A stretch of 63,987 nucleotides of DNA, the filler included, from Welwitschia mirabilis (lineage: Eukaryota), in the NCBI GenBank assembly GCA_051453625.1. It is 7 parts of one record of this genome, joined end to end, with 100 filler letters (N's around TTAATTAATTAA, not from the genome) between each part and the next. Parts side by side here need not be neighbours in the genome. Positions count along the whole stretch, not along the records: positions 1 to 19,003 come from JBOZIK010000001.1; positions 19,104 to 34,323 come from JBOZIK010000001.1; 5 more parts are not named here. One strand, 5' to 3'. Under the pieces are notes generated by a model that was not told the DNA's origin, did no database searches, and saw only the letters and a list, made by a program, of their open reading frames with translations. This document shows positions 12,550 to 23,441 of the stretch, one piece after another. Position 1 is the first letter of the stretch, and every line of letters starts with the position of its first letter. The position numbers and the translations under genes are program-made.

Positions 12550-13111
12550 CTTCTTGTGCTGCTCTCCAAAGGGCTAGGATTAAGCTTAAGTGCCTAGAAG
12601 AGTCCTTATGCTTGAGTATTTGAATGAAGAAATAGGGAAGATTCACCTGACATCCCAGGTCAAGAGCCTTAAGAAATGTAAAATGAATTCCAAAAAGCTT
12701 AGAACAATTACAAGATTAAATGAAATATCTGTCCACCAGTTCTGCTCCAAGGCCCCACAGGTGCGGTAACGCCTTCCTACTAATATACCTACTGGGCAAT
12801 TTAGGAATTCCACCTAGAAAGGAATGGAGGGCTTCTTGTTGGCCTCTGCTTCCAAATAGGATCCTCTCGCCTTCCACTGGGACCTCCATTAGTCTGACAA
12901 AAGATTCTTCAGAAATTTCTATCGGGATTCTTCTGAAAGTTGTTCATCCTCTTCTCCATCGCCTATTAAAAGGAGTAATATCAGCCCCAATGTCACCTCT
13001 CAGTTTATGCAGAAGGGTTTCCCATCCCACTGCCTGTATTTTCTCCCACATCTCCGGGCATCCCTCGAAGAGGCTTGGGTCAGCAGGCTCATAGTTTGGA
13101 GTGGCACTCAT
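12550..13111 (-). pseudogene. Globular domain resembling the 'putative plant transposon protein' (Transposase_32/Athila-ORF1-like) family, in the ORF2 frame
   Basis: MSATPNYEPADPSLFEGCPEMWEKIQAVGWETLL...FRRIPIEISEESFVRLMEVPVEG...ALPHLWGLGAELVDRYFI...FTFLKALDLGCQVNLPYFFIQIL. Motif order (GW, I.IS...P.eG, L...W, AL..G..VNL) resembles this family by eye only. Confidence 0.5.
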
Positions 13112-13179
13112 GGCGATTTTAATTTGAGAATGATTACAGATTATCTTTCTAGCTGTATAAATAGGGAAGGGAAAAGAGG

Positions 13180-16100
13180 CGTTATTGAAAATTATACTAT
13201 TTCTGATCTACCATATTTGCCATAGAGTCAAGCGAATCCCAGCTACTAAATGCATATCAGAGGTACCATAGCTTTGATAGCATTTTGTCATAATGGCAAT
13301 TAGCTCCTTGCTCTATGTGCATTGATGAAAGAAATGTTGTGCAGTTTTAAGATTAGACTAACAAATGGGACATTTAGCATCAACCTAAAATCCCCTTTTT
13401 GGTAATCACTCTCTTGTCAAAATTTGGTAATGCTCTTTTGGCCAATAGAATACTTTAATTTTTTCCTGTATTTATCCCCTCCAATGCTTCTTGTACCCAT
13501 ACTGTTTGCCGTATTTCGTGATCAAGATCTGCTTGGACTTTTCACTTTAAGAAATGTTCAATTTAAAAAGTTATTGGTGAGCTCTGCAAAGATGCTTCCA
13601 AAGATATGATACTCTATGCTCAATTGTTCAATTTTTGTACTTGTGAGTAATTAAGTTATTCCATGGTTTTCCTCCCTCTTGTAATCTCTTTAGAATCCTT
13701 TGAGCTCCTATGAGAATACAATCTTCAGATTTTTAAATTCCCCATCCTCCTGATTTCTCAGGATGAGCTATGATTCCCATTTATAGAGATGTATTCTGTG
13801 GTGGTTTTTTCCCCCTAACCAGATAAAATCTTTTAAGGTCCTATTAATTTTTTAAATGATATCCTTNNNNNNNNNNNNNNNNNNNNNNNNNNNNNNNNNN
13901 NNNNNNNNNNNNNNNNNNNNNNNNNNNNNNNNNNNNNNNNNNNNNNNNNNNNNNNNNNNNNNNNNNNNNNNNNNNNNNNNNNNNNNNNNNNNNNNNNNNN
14001 NNNNNNNNNNNNNNNNNNNNNNNNNNNNNNNNNNNNNNNNNNNNNNNNNNNNNNNNNNNNNNNNNNNNNNNNNNNNNNNNNNNNNNNNNNNNNNNNNNNN
14101 NNNNNNNNNNNNNNNNNNNNNNNNNNNNNNNNNNNNNNNNNNNNNNNNNNNNNNNNNNNNNNNNNNNNNNNNNNNNNNNNNNNNNNNNNNNNNNNNNNNN
14201 NNNNNNNNNNNNNNNNNNNNNNNNNNNNNNNNNNNNNNNNNNNNNNNNNNNNNNNNNNNNNNNNNNNNNNNNNNNNNNNNNNNNNNNNNNNNNNNNNNNN
14301 NNNNNNNNNNNNNNNNNNNNNNNNNNNNNNNNNNNNNNNNNNNNNNNNNNNNNNNNNNNNNNNNNNNNNNNNNNNNNNNNNNNNNNNNNNNNNNNNNNNN
14401 NNNNNNNNNNNNNNNNNNNNNNNNNNNNNNNNNNNNNNNNNNNNNNNNNNNNNNNNNNNNNNNNNNNNNNNNNNNNNNNNNNNNNNNNNNNNNNNNNNNN
14501 NNNNNNNNNNNNNNNNNNNNNNNNNNNNNNNNNNNNNNNNNNNNNNNNNNNNNNNNNNNNNNNNNNNNNNNNNNNNNNNNNNNNNNNNNNNNNNNNNNNN
14601 NNNNNNNNNNNNNNNNNNNNNNNNNNNNNNNNNNNNNNNNNNNNNNNNNNNNNNNNNNNNNNNNNNNNNNNNNNNNNNNNNNNNNNNNNNNNNNNNNNNN
14701 NNNNNNNNNNNNNNNNNNNNNNNNNNNNNNNNNNNNNNNNNNNNNNNNNNNNNNNNNNNNNNNNNNACAAAAGACTTTAACTTTCTCTGATATTTGTCCC
14801 CTCTAATGCTTCTTGTGGCCTTCCTGTTTGCCATGTTTCTTAATTAGGATCTGTTTAGATGTTTCACTCTGAGCAATGTTTAATTTAGAAAGTTGTTGAT
14901 TAGCTTTGCAGAGATGCTTCCAAAGATAAGACACTCCATGCTTAATTGTCCAGTTTCTGTACTTGTGATTCATTAAGTTACTCTATGGTTGTCCTTCCTC
15001 TTGTAATCTCTTTAGAATCCTTTGAGCTCCTGTGAGAATACAATCTTTAGGTTTTTTAATTTCTCATCCTCCTAATTCCTTAGGATGGGATATGATTTTC
15101 CATTTACATAGGTGTATTCTATGGTGGTCTTTTTCCCTTGACGATATAAAATATTTTAAGATCCTATCAATTTTTTGAATGATATTCTTTGAGGGGTAAT
15201 AATGGAAGCTATATACCAAAAGGAAGAAATTAGACAGGAATTTATAAAAATGATTTTAGCCTTTAAAGATAGAAAGTTATTGTGCCATAACCTGCACCTC
15301 CTTTGTATATATTCTAGAATGTAATTCCAATTACTTGTCCTATGTGAATTCCGTAGAGGAATGCCGAGGTAGATGTCCTAAAGGTCTCCTAACTTTACAT
15401 TCATGATGTGGGTGATTTTGCTCCTCTAATACATTATCAGTCTAAGATAGGTATTCTTGATTTGTTCTAATTAGTGTGAAGCCTTGTTGCCTCTGCAAAT
15501 GTGTTCATAGCATTTTTTATAACTTTTGCTTACTGACTGGTCACCTTAGTCATGATGATGGTATCATCTGCATAGTGATTATTAAGAAAAATTTGACCTT
15601 CAATTCTAATTCCTGTAACTCTGTTATTTCTTAAGAAAACCTGTAAAACATTCATCACAAATAAAAAAAGGTATGGCAATAGAGGATTCCCTTATCTCAA
15701 GCCTCTTCCTACTGAGAAGAAATTTGATCTATGACTATTGATCTCCACACTAAACTCAGCCAAAGCCTGCATGTCTAGCCATAGGTTAATAATATCTTAA
15801 GAGAAACCGATTTTCCTAAGAATGCACCCTAAAGCTTGCCAACTAACTGAGTTATAAGCTTTTGCAATATCTAGTTTAGCAATGAGAAGCAAAATCTTGT
15901 ACTTTTTAACAGAGTGCATAATCTCATGAGTTAAAAGGATTTGGTCTTGAATATACCTAGAATAAATGAAGCTAGTTTAATTCTATGAGATCACATTGGG
16001 AAGCAAGGGGGCGATTCGATCAACCACAACTTTTATGAAGATTCTATAAATGACGTTGCACATCCCTAAGGGCCTAAAGTCCTCTGGTCTACTGGCATCC

Positions 16101-17460
16101 CTATTTTTAGAATGAGGACTGCTCTAGTTCTGTTCATCTCTCTAAGAATCTGTCGATTGTGGAGTATTTCCTACATTGCATCATAGAGGTTATCCCCTAG
16201 GATATAGAAGTAGGTTTTAAAGAGTTCAACTGACCACCCATCCAAACTAGGTGCTCGGTTATTCTTCATCAATCTGACTACAGCTAGTATCTCCTCTCTA
16301 CTTAAGGGTTTACTCATTATTTGATTATCCTCCTCTAGAATCTTCTTGTTCTTTAGGGTTAGGCTGGGGGCAATATCGTCCAATTTTTAAAATTTTTGAA
16401 GATGGACCTACATTTCCTTTGCTATTTCTTCTTCGTTTTCTGTAACATAGCCTCCTATTGTGAGCTTTTTAATTCTGTTATCAGATCTATGCTGGTTGGC
16501 CTACTAGAAGAAGAATCTAGTATGTCTATCACCTTCTTTAAGCTACTTGATCCTTGATCATTCTCTCCAATAATGCTTTTCATCTTTATGAATTTCTTGG
16601 AGATCCATTAGGCACTGATATTTTCTATTTCTAAGGCTTTTTTGATTACCCCCCTTGTCCTGTTCAGTTTGAATGTAGTTAAGTTCCTCCTCGATTTCAG
16701 ATTTTGAGTCAAATATCTCCTTGTCTTTCCTTCTCCAATCTCTTATATGAGCCTTTAAAGTATTAAGGCCTTTGTATAAGAAGGTGACAGGTTGTATACC
16801 ATCGTATTGTGACTAGATTCTTTCTAGAAGCACTCTAGTTTCGGTTCTGCTGATTTAGTACCATTTCATATGAAACGGGGCTTTTAAGGGTGAAAAGGAC
16901 CCTGCTCTAAGAATAATGGGATGGTGATCCAAGACAATCTTATTCAGGCCACAAGCTTCAAGAGGAAGTTTAGCTAGATGTTTCTCAGCCATCACTCTAT
17001 CGATCTTGGACATTATTAGCTCTGCACATGCTCTTCTATTTGACCTAGTGTATTTACAACCAGTGATGGATATATTTGTGAGAGAATGTTTTACCAAAAA
17101 ATCTTTTAGGATAGAAGCCCCTTTAGAGTTCCAGTTGTTACCACCTAATTTTTCCCAGTGATGTAGGAATTGATTAAACTTACCCATAATTATTCATTTG
17201 GATTTGTCTACTACATTCCTTTGAGCTTCTTCCAATACCATAGCCTTATCTAGATTGTGTTGTGGACTGTAAATATTTGTAATGGTCCATCCTTCATTTT
17301 TAAGAAAAACTGTAATGTGATTCTGACTGCTGCAAATCAAATCTACTTCTTTCTTAGTAGAAACCAAAAGACCACCAGAGTTACTTTAGGCACCTACACT
17401 AAAAGAGGTCCATTGCTGTCATAGACTAGATCTATATTACGTTGAATAATCAGATTTTGT
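13180..17460 (-). pseudogene. LINE ORF2: APE endonuclease, reverse transcriptase, zf-RVT
   Basis: EN: SGGLL, TNIYSP, MGKFNQ, SKIDRV, LDHHPI. RT region: RAPSLDGW, LDIAKAYNS, GRGLR*GNPLLPYLF, HYADD (~15565-15577), YLGIPL. zf-RVT: CPIC...HFFHQC (~13318-13373) and LWQIW*IRNSIIFN. Interrupted by stops and by gap 13867-14767. Confidence 0.9.
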
Positions 17461-17479
17461 AGGGTCTTTTTCTTGTTTT

Positions 17480-18528
17480 TTTCAATGTTCTACGGTAGTT
17501 GCTTAGGAACTATTTGCAACATTCTTTGTAGTTTCTTACTCTCATAAGGTTTTGTTACTGGGCCTTCCCTTCATCTAAGTTTCCACTTCATTATATTTAT
17601 CGTCTTGAAGGTTTAGTTAGGTATCATTCTCATCCATGAGAGGTTGAAATGGGTTTTCCTATTTTGGATCTTTCTTTCTCTTACTTTTCTTTGGAAAAAT
17701 GGTGGTGCTTTTTCTAGTTTGTTCCTTTCTTTGCTTATGTCTGCATACATTATGATTATGACCAGTCTTCCCACAAAAAGTGCAAGTCTCCTTTTGTTAT
17801 CTTTAATATCAATCAACCTCTTCCAGCATTCTTCACATAGGTGACCCAATTTTCCACAGTGTAAGCATTTCTTCTTAGGAGGAGCACATCTTCCCGAGGG
17901 TGTCCCAATTTCCCACAGGTTGAGCAGGGAATCGGAAGGTTCTCATAAGTAACTTCTGGATCATAAGTTCCCCATTTGGATCTAAAATTTATGGATTGGA
18001 TTTCCTTAGTATCTTTGATACTTATCCACATATAGAATCTAGCTAAAACCAATCTAGTTTGTTTAATCGCGATTCGATTTAGCCTAATCAAATCCCTAAA
18101 CTGACAGGCCATCCTTCTTAGTAGACCTTCATCCCAAAACTCCAAAGGAAACTTGTGGATGTGGATCCAGATCAGAAGTTTCTTAAACAATTACAGGTTC
18201 AAGTGCATCGTCGGTATCCATTTGGCTAGGGCGAGGCCTCTAACTCCAAAAAACCATGATCCTCTTACTATATTTCATCCTGATCTTGCTTATTGTCTAG
18301 CTAGAATAAAACTAGCCCTTCTGGCATTGCAATAACATCCAACTTGTTGATCCCTGTCCATTTCATTGTGACCCAATCACGGATCTGATCTAACTATGAT
18401 CGAGAGCCGAATGAGCCAAACTTATCAATGAGATTGAATTTAAGTTTTTTCTCGATTTCACTATATGCATCTTTGTCGATGTCCAATACGAGGGATTTCC
18501 CCTCTATGGAGAGCTGGGTTTTCTCCAT
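17480..18528 (-). pseudogene. LINE ORF1 (DUF4283-type N-terminus and CCHC zinc knuckles)
   Basis: ATG at 18528 (MEKTQLSIEGK...), IWIHIHKFPLEFWDE, VTYENLPIPCSTCGKLGH, and a second knuckle CLHCGKLGHLCEEC. The 3' end is approximate. Confidence 0.85.
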
Positions 18529-19047
18529 CTTGGGGTTAAAACCTTTAAGAAAAACCTTAGAAACTAATCAAAACTACAAGACAAAAGAAGTCCCAAAACT
18601 TAACTGACAATAGCCTGTCTTATGGCCGAAAATGCCCCTCCTACTATGTGATTAGGGACCAAAACCACCCTCACTAAATCACAATCTCCAAGACCTACAA
18701 CCTTCTACTCTCCAGATCCGCTGAATCTTGCAGAGCTCAGAACCTTAGCAGAGCTCCTTCTCTCTCCGTCCTCCATGAAAAGGCATTTATCACATATGTT
18801 TAATGTGTTTAAATCTATATATGTACAAAATGGTATTCGATACAAAATACAAATCGCAAAGGAAAATTTTTCATTAAAATTATAAAGCAATTTCAAGTGG
18901 AGGGGAGGGGGGTTTGAGAACTCTGGAAGGTAAGGTGGAGTTTTGGGCAGTTGAGTAAGGTTCACATGTACATACATGGGTGTTAGGTATGAATCGACTA
19001 ATANNNNNNNNNNNNNNNNNNNNNNNNNNNNNNNNNNNNNNNNNNNN

Positions 19048-19059
19048 TTAATTAATTAA
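19048..19059. other. Artificial scaffold spacer TTAATTAATTAA (also at 34368, 40968, 50914, 58207, 62805)
   Basis: Identical 12-mer centred between runs of 44 N (100 bp in total), six times; it gives stop codons in all frames. Confidence 0.95.
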
Positions 19060-19103
19060 NNNNNNNNNNNNNNNNNNNNNNNNNNNNNNNNNNNNNNNNN
19101 NNN

Positions 19104-22100
19104 GATCTTCCTCCAAATCTAAAGTGTTAACTAAAACCTTTTTCTACTACCTCAAAGACTAATATTAACAATAATTTATTTCCAAAGTGAAATTTTATCA
19201 ATCCAATTCTAGTGTCTATGATGCAATGGGTTGTTGCACAGAAAGCTCTACTTAAGAGTATGGGATATCCATTTTGATTCTTAAGTTCTAAAACAACAAC
19301 ATCTATGGGGTAGAAAGCTTCCTCTATCTGAATAACTAANNNNNNNNNNNNNNNNNNNNNNNNNNNNNNNNNNNNNNNNNNNNNNNNNNNNNNNNNNNNN
19401 NNNNNNNNNNNNNNNNNNNNNNNNNNNNNNNNNNNNNNNTTCCACTCATAATTTTGATAATTTTTTCTTTTATTATTTGTGTTAGTTTTGAATGGTTTTA
19501 TAAAGATAGGCTAGGTTTTAGATTTTCCTCCAAATCTAAAATATTAACTAAATCTTTTTTGGCTGCATCAAAGACTTGTGTTGAAAATTGTTTATTTCTA
19601 AAGTGAAATTTTATTAATCCAGTTCTAGTATCTATGATGCAATGGGTTGTTACACAAAAAGCTCTACCTAAGAGTAGGGGATATCCATTTTGATTCTCAA
19701 GTTCTAAAACAACAACATCTATGGGGTAGAAAGCTTCCTCTATCTGAATAACTAAGTCCTCACATCTAAAGGTTTCTTTATGAATGCATCAGCTAATTCT
19801 AAGGTAACTGATGTAGGTTCTATTCATCCTTCTAATTCTAAAAGTTTATAAATATGCAAGGGCATGATATTAACATTAGCTCCTATATCTATCAATGCTT
19901 TCTTAATTTTTTGGTTCCCCTCTAAGGTGACACTAATAGTTATTGCCCTCGGATCTTTAAATTTTGGACACTTCTTGGAAATTAAATTGCAAATAAATTG
20001 ATCTAGGAAGACTTTAATAGGGATAGTCCATTTTTGTTTTCTTTTGATTAGGTCTTTCCATAGCTTTGAGTATTTGGAATTTTCTCAGAAAAGTTTCTAG
20101 AAAGGTAAATTAATACTCATGTCTTACATAAAGGCTTTCAGATAATCATCAAAGATAGGGTTTTCGTTAAGCCAATTAAGCCGTGAAGTAGTAGTTTTCC
20201 TTTGTGATGAATTTTTCTTTTTATTACTAAGTGAAGGAGGGAAGGAATGATTTTTTAAGATTTCTATGTCCTCTTCCTCATCGTTTTGTCATTTTGGGAA
20301 GTTGAAGCCTCATGAGTAGGGGGAGTTATGTCATTTTCACTCTTGTCACTACTTTAAAATCTTTTCATACTTCGTTAAGATTAGGTAAAGGTTGAGTGGC
20401 AAGGGTCCCTTGTAGTCTTTGATTGGTAAGCATGTTTTTTTACAATATGTTCACTAGATTTTCTATATTTGTATTTGTATTTTCTTGAGTTTTTTGTAAC
20501 TCACCAATAGAGTTNNNNNNNNNNNNNNNNNNNNNNNNNNNNNNNNNNNNNNNNNNNNNNNNNNNNNNNNNNNNNNNNNNNNNNNNNNNNNNNNNNNNNN
20601 NNNNNNNNNNNNNNNNNNNNNNNNNNNNNNNNNNNNNNNNNNNNNNNNNNNNNNNNNNNNNNNNNNNNNNNNNNNNNNNNNNNNNNNNNNNNNNNNNNNN
20701 NNNNNNNNNNNNNNNNNNNNNNNNNNNNNNNNNNNNNNNNNNNNNNNNNNNNNNNNNNNNNNNNNNNNNNNNNNNNNNNNNNNNNNNNNNNNNNNNNNNN
20801 NNNNNNNNNNNNNNNNNNNNNNNNNNNNNNNNNNNNNNNNNNNNNNNNNNNNNNNNNNNNNNNNNNNNNNNNNNNNNNNNNNNNNNNNNNNNNNNNNNNN
20901 NNNNNNNNNNNNNNNNNNNNNNNNNNNNNNNNNNNNNNNNNNNNNNNNNNNNNNNNNNNNNNNNNNNNNNNNNNNNNNNNNNNNNNNNNNNNNNNNNNNN
21001 NNNNNNNNNNNNNNNNNNNNNNNNNNNNNNNNNNNNNNNNNNNNNNNNNNNNNNNNNNNNNNNNNNNNNNNNNNNNNNNNNNNNNNNNNNNNNNNNNNNN
21101 NNTTAATCTGCTATAGAAATGGTCGATTAATTCTACTTCAAAAAAGACATCTATAGGGTTTGAGTGTAAAGCCACAAAGAATCTCTCATAGGCAGAGGCA
21201 TAGTCTTTATTAGGAAGTTATTGGAAGTTTGTAACTTCTTTCTTACATTTCTAGATGGTATTTTTTCTCATGAATCTCTTATCAAATGCTTCTTAAACTT
21301 GGTTCCAAGGTTTTAGGCTTTTATGAGGGATCGTTCTGATCCAAAGTTTAGCCTTATCTCATAATGTCATGGGAAAGATGATCATGTAAGTTCTATCAGT
21401 GATACACTTTTTACCATTTCTGGATGTAAGAATGAGTTATTCAATTTTTGTGATGTGTTATAGGGAGTTTTCATCAGGTTCTCCTCTAAAGATAGGATAA
21501 GCGTTTAGGTTTTTCAGTTCTACATCATCACTAGGAGGTAAGTCAAAGGGGTTTTGGATTTAAGTCTTTTATTTGCTATGAGATCTCTCAGAGTAGCACG
21601 AGTGTTTAGTTAAGAAGGAGTAGAAGTAGAAGTTCTAATGACTGGGGATGGATTCAGCGAGATAGGTTATTTTTGATGAGAGGTCGACATGGTATTAATA
21701 TCAGATTCTTCTACATAATTAAAATAAAAAATTTCAAGAAAATTTAAAGTTTGCATACCTAGGCTGTTTTGATTTTCAAATTCAAAATTTAGGAAACCTT
21801 CTCGGATATTTTCTGCAATGAACTACCTTTCTCTCTGGTATTTTTCACCTTTTTCTATTTTTACCATTTAGTTTTAGGTTCCTAAGAGGTATCATCCTGT
21901 ACGTTGTCTAGACAATAACTAGACGATAAAAACAAAAAACACAGACAACCATAGAATGAGGGAAAGTAGAAATTGGGACATTCATCTGACTGGGACGTCT
22001 AGATGACAAGGGGGATATCAGTGGTTAGTAAAAAATTAAAACTGAAATAAACTACTTATAAAGAATTGGTATACCAATGCTGCAGAAAACATTTAGAATA

Positions 22101-23368
22101 TCCACTAAAGCAATGACAACTCTCGATTTCCAAGTAGCCTTCCTCAGCAATTACACTAATTTGTTGCAATGCGTATTTATGCAATGTTTCACTCTTCAAT
22201 CTTAATCCTATTAATTATAAATAAGATGAAAAATATAGCATGCTAGTATAGTCATAGTGATCCGAATGTCGTAATTCTATCGAAGGCCAATGGTATGGAT
22301 AATAAAGAGGTGATTTCGAGAAAGCAATGTGTAATTCTAATCTATTGAAATAAATTGCAATGCATGGAAATAAAAGATGCTGATGCAAACTAGTCTAAGA
22401 ACGTAAACAATGATGCACCTAAACTAATTAAGCTTAACCTTAATAAAGGCTGCCCTCATAATCTATATAATTAAATAAACTTCTCATAAATCTAGAACAA
22501 CATAAACTATGAGGCATAAGTTCCTACAATTATTAATAAAATGGATAATTCATATTAAAGACATAAAAAGCATCTGTATCACAAAGTAGTCATTCCTCAA
22601 TGAAGGATACACTACCCAACACCAAGGTAACATCTCTCTAGATTACAAGATGGTTCTCCAGTCCCAAGATCTTCTATTACGAGAATATCAGGTACTATCG
22701 AAGATGATTAGGAATCGAGGGGGAGACCTTTATTTATAGATAGAAAGTAAAAGGGAATTAACAGAAAAGTAAAGTAGAAACTCTAGCTAACATGCATAAG
22801 AAAGTCGCAATAAACAGGCAATAACTTGGGAATACATTTTGTAAAAGTGATAGAGAACAGTGTCATCTTGGTCGTCTAGACGATTTAGGAGATGACAAGG
22901 ATTGACAATGAGTTATTTGCTTAGCTTCTAGTTTAATGCTTGTGATCTACATGCAAATTGTCGGTGATTGGTTCTAAAGATATCATCCACTAGTATTGTC
23001 TGGATGATTAGGTGGACGATAATGTCTGATAGCAAGATCTTTAGTTTAACTGCAAGTTATCTTGAAAGAACTCTATTTGTCGCTCAATTGAGGTTGTCGC
23101 CCTAACTATCGTGTGGACGACAGAGGGGATGACAGTCTTTTCTTAATCTTTTGTCAGTGGAATTGCTTTGCCATCTGTAGAATTATAATCCAAAAATGAT
23201 ACTCTTCTGAATCTGTATGAGTTACTTGTATTATATCTGATATTTGCATGTTTTCATCTTGTGCTCCTAGATTCTCGATTGTCATAGGAACTAAGTATTT
23301 ATCTATTAGTTTATCTACAAAACAACTCAAAATACTTTATCAAATACACCTAAGTTGGCATCGCAACA
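19104..23368 (-). mobile_element. Athila-like Ty3/gypsy element, 5' part (5' LTR, gag, protease)
   Basis: LTR 22162-23368 with TGTTGC...GCAACA termini; degenerate Asp-type PBS at ~22141-22159; gag remnant ~21100-21700; protease ALIDIGANVNIMP ~19860-19900. Homologous to the 25252-34320 element. Confidence 0.8.
22162..23368 (-). repeat. LTR (~1.2 kb) of the Athila-like element
   Basis: Inverted termini TGTTGC/GCAACA; a homologous LTR lies at 62861-63839. Confidence 0.85.
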
Positions 23369-23441
23369 GTATACTATAAGAGCTAATGTGATATTAGGCC
23401 ATCGCAACAGTATACTATAAGAGCTAATGTGATATTAGGCC
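23360..23441. repeat. Perfect 41-bp tandem duplication spanning the LTR end and its flank
   Basis: ATCGCAACAGTATACTATAAGAGCTAATGTGATATTAGGCC occurs at 23360-23400 and 23401-23441. Confidence 0.9.

Larger units (their letters stand above)
11543..18775 (-). mobile_element. L1-type non-LTR retrotransposon (LINE), near full length, with atypical ORF2 C-terminal extension
   Basis: ORF1 and ORF2 (EN, RT, zf-RVT) motifs on the minus strand. Purine-rich 5' end near 18775; short A-tail (T-run 11543-11550). Candidate TSD TAAAAATGCATTT (11533-11545) vs TGAAAAGGCATTT (18776-18788), 11/13 identical. Confidence 0.85.

Noticed and set aside
12720-13225. Plus-strand ORFs of 124 aa and 72 aa
   Set aside because: Antisense shadows of the minus-strand LINE extension, with no recognisable motifs.
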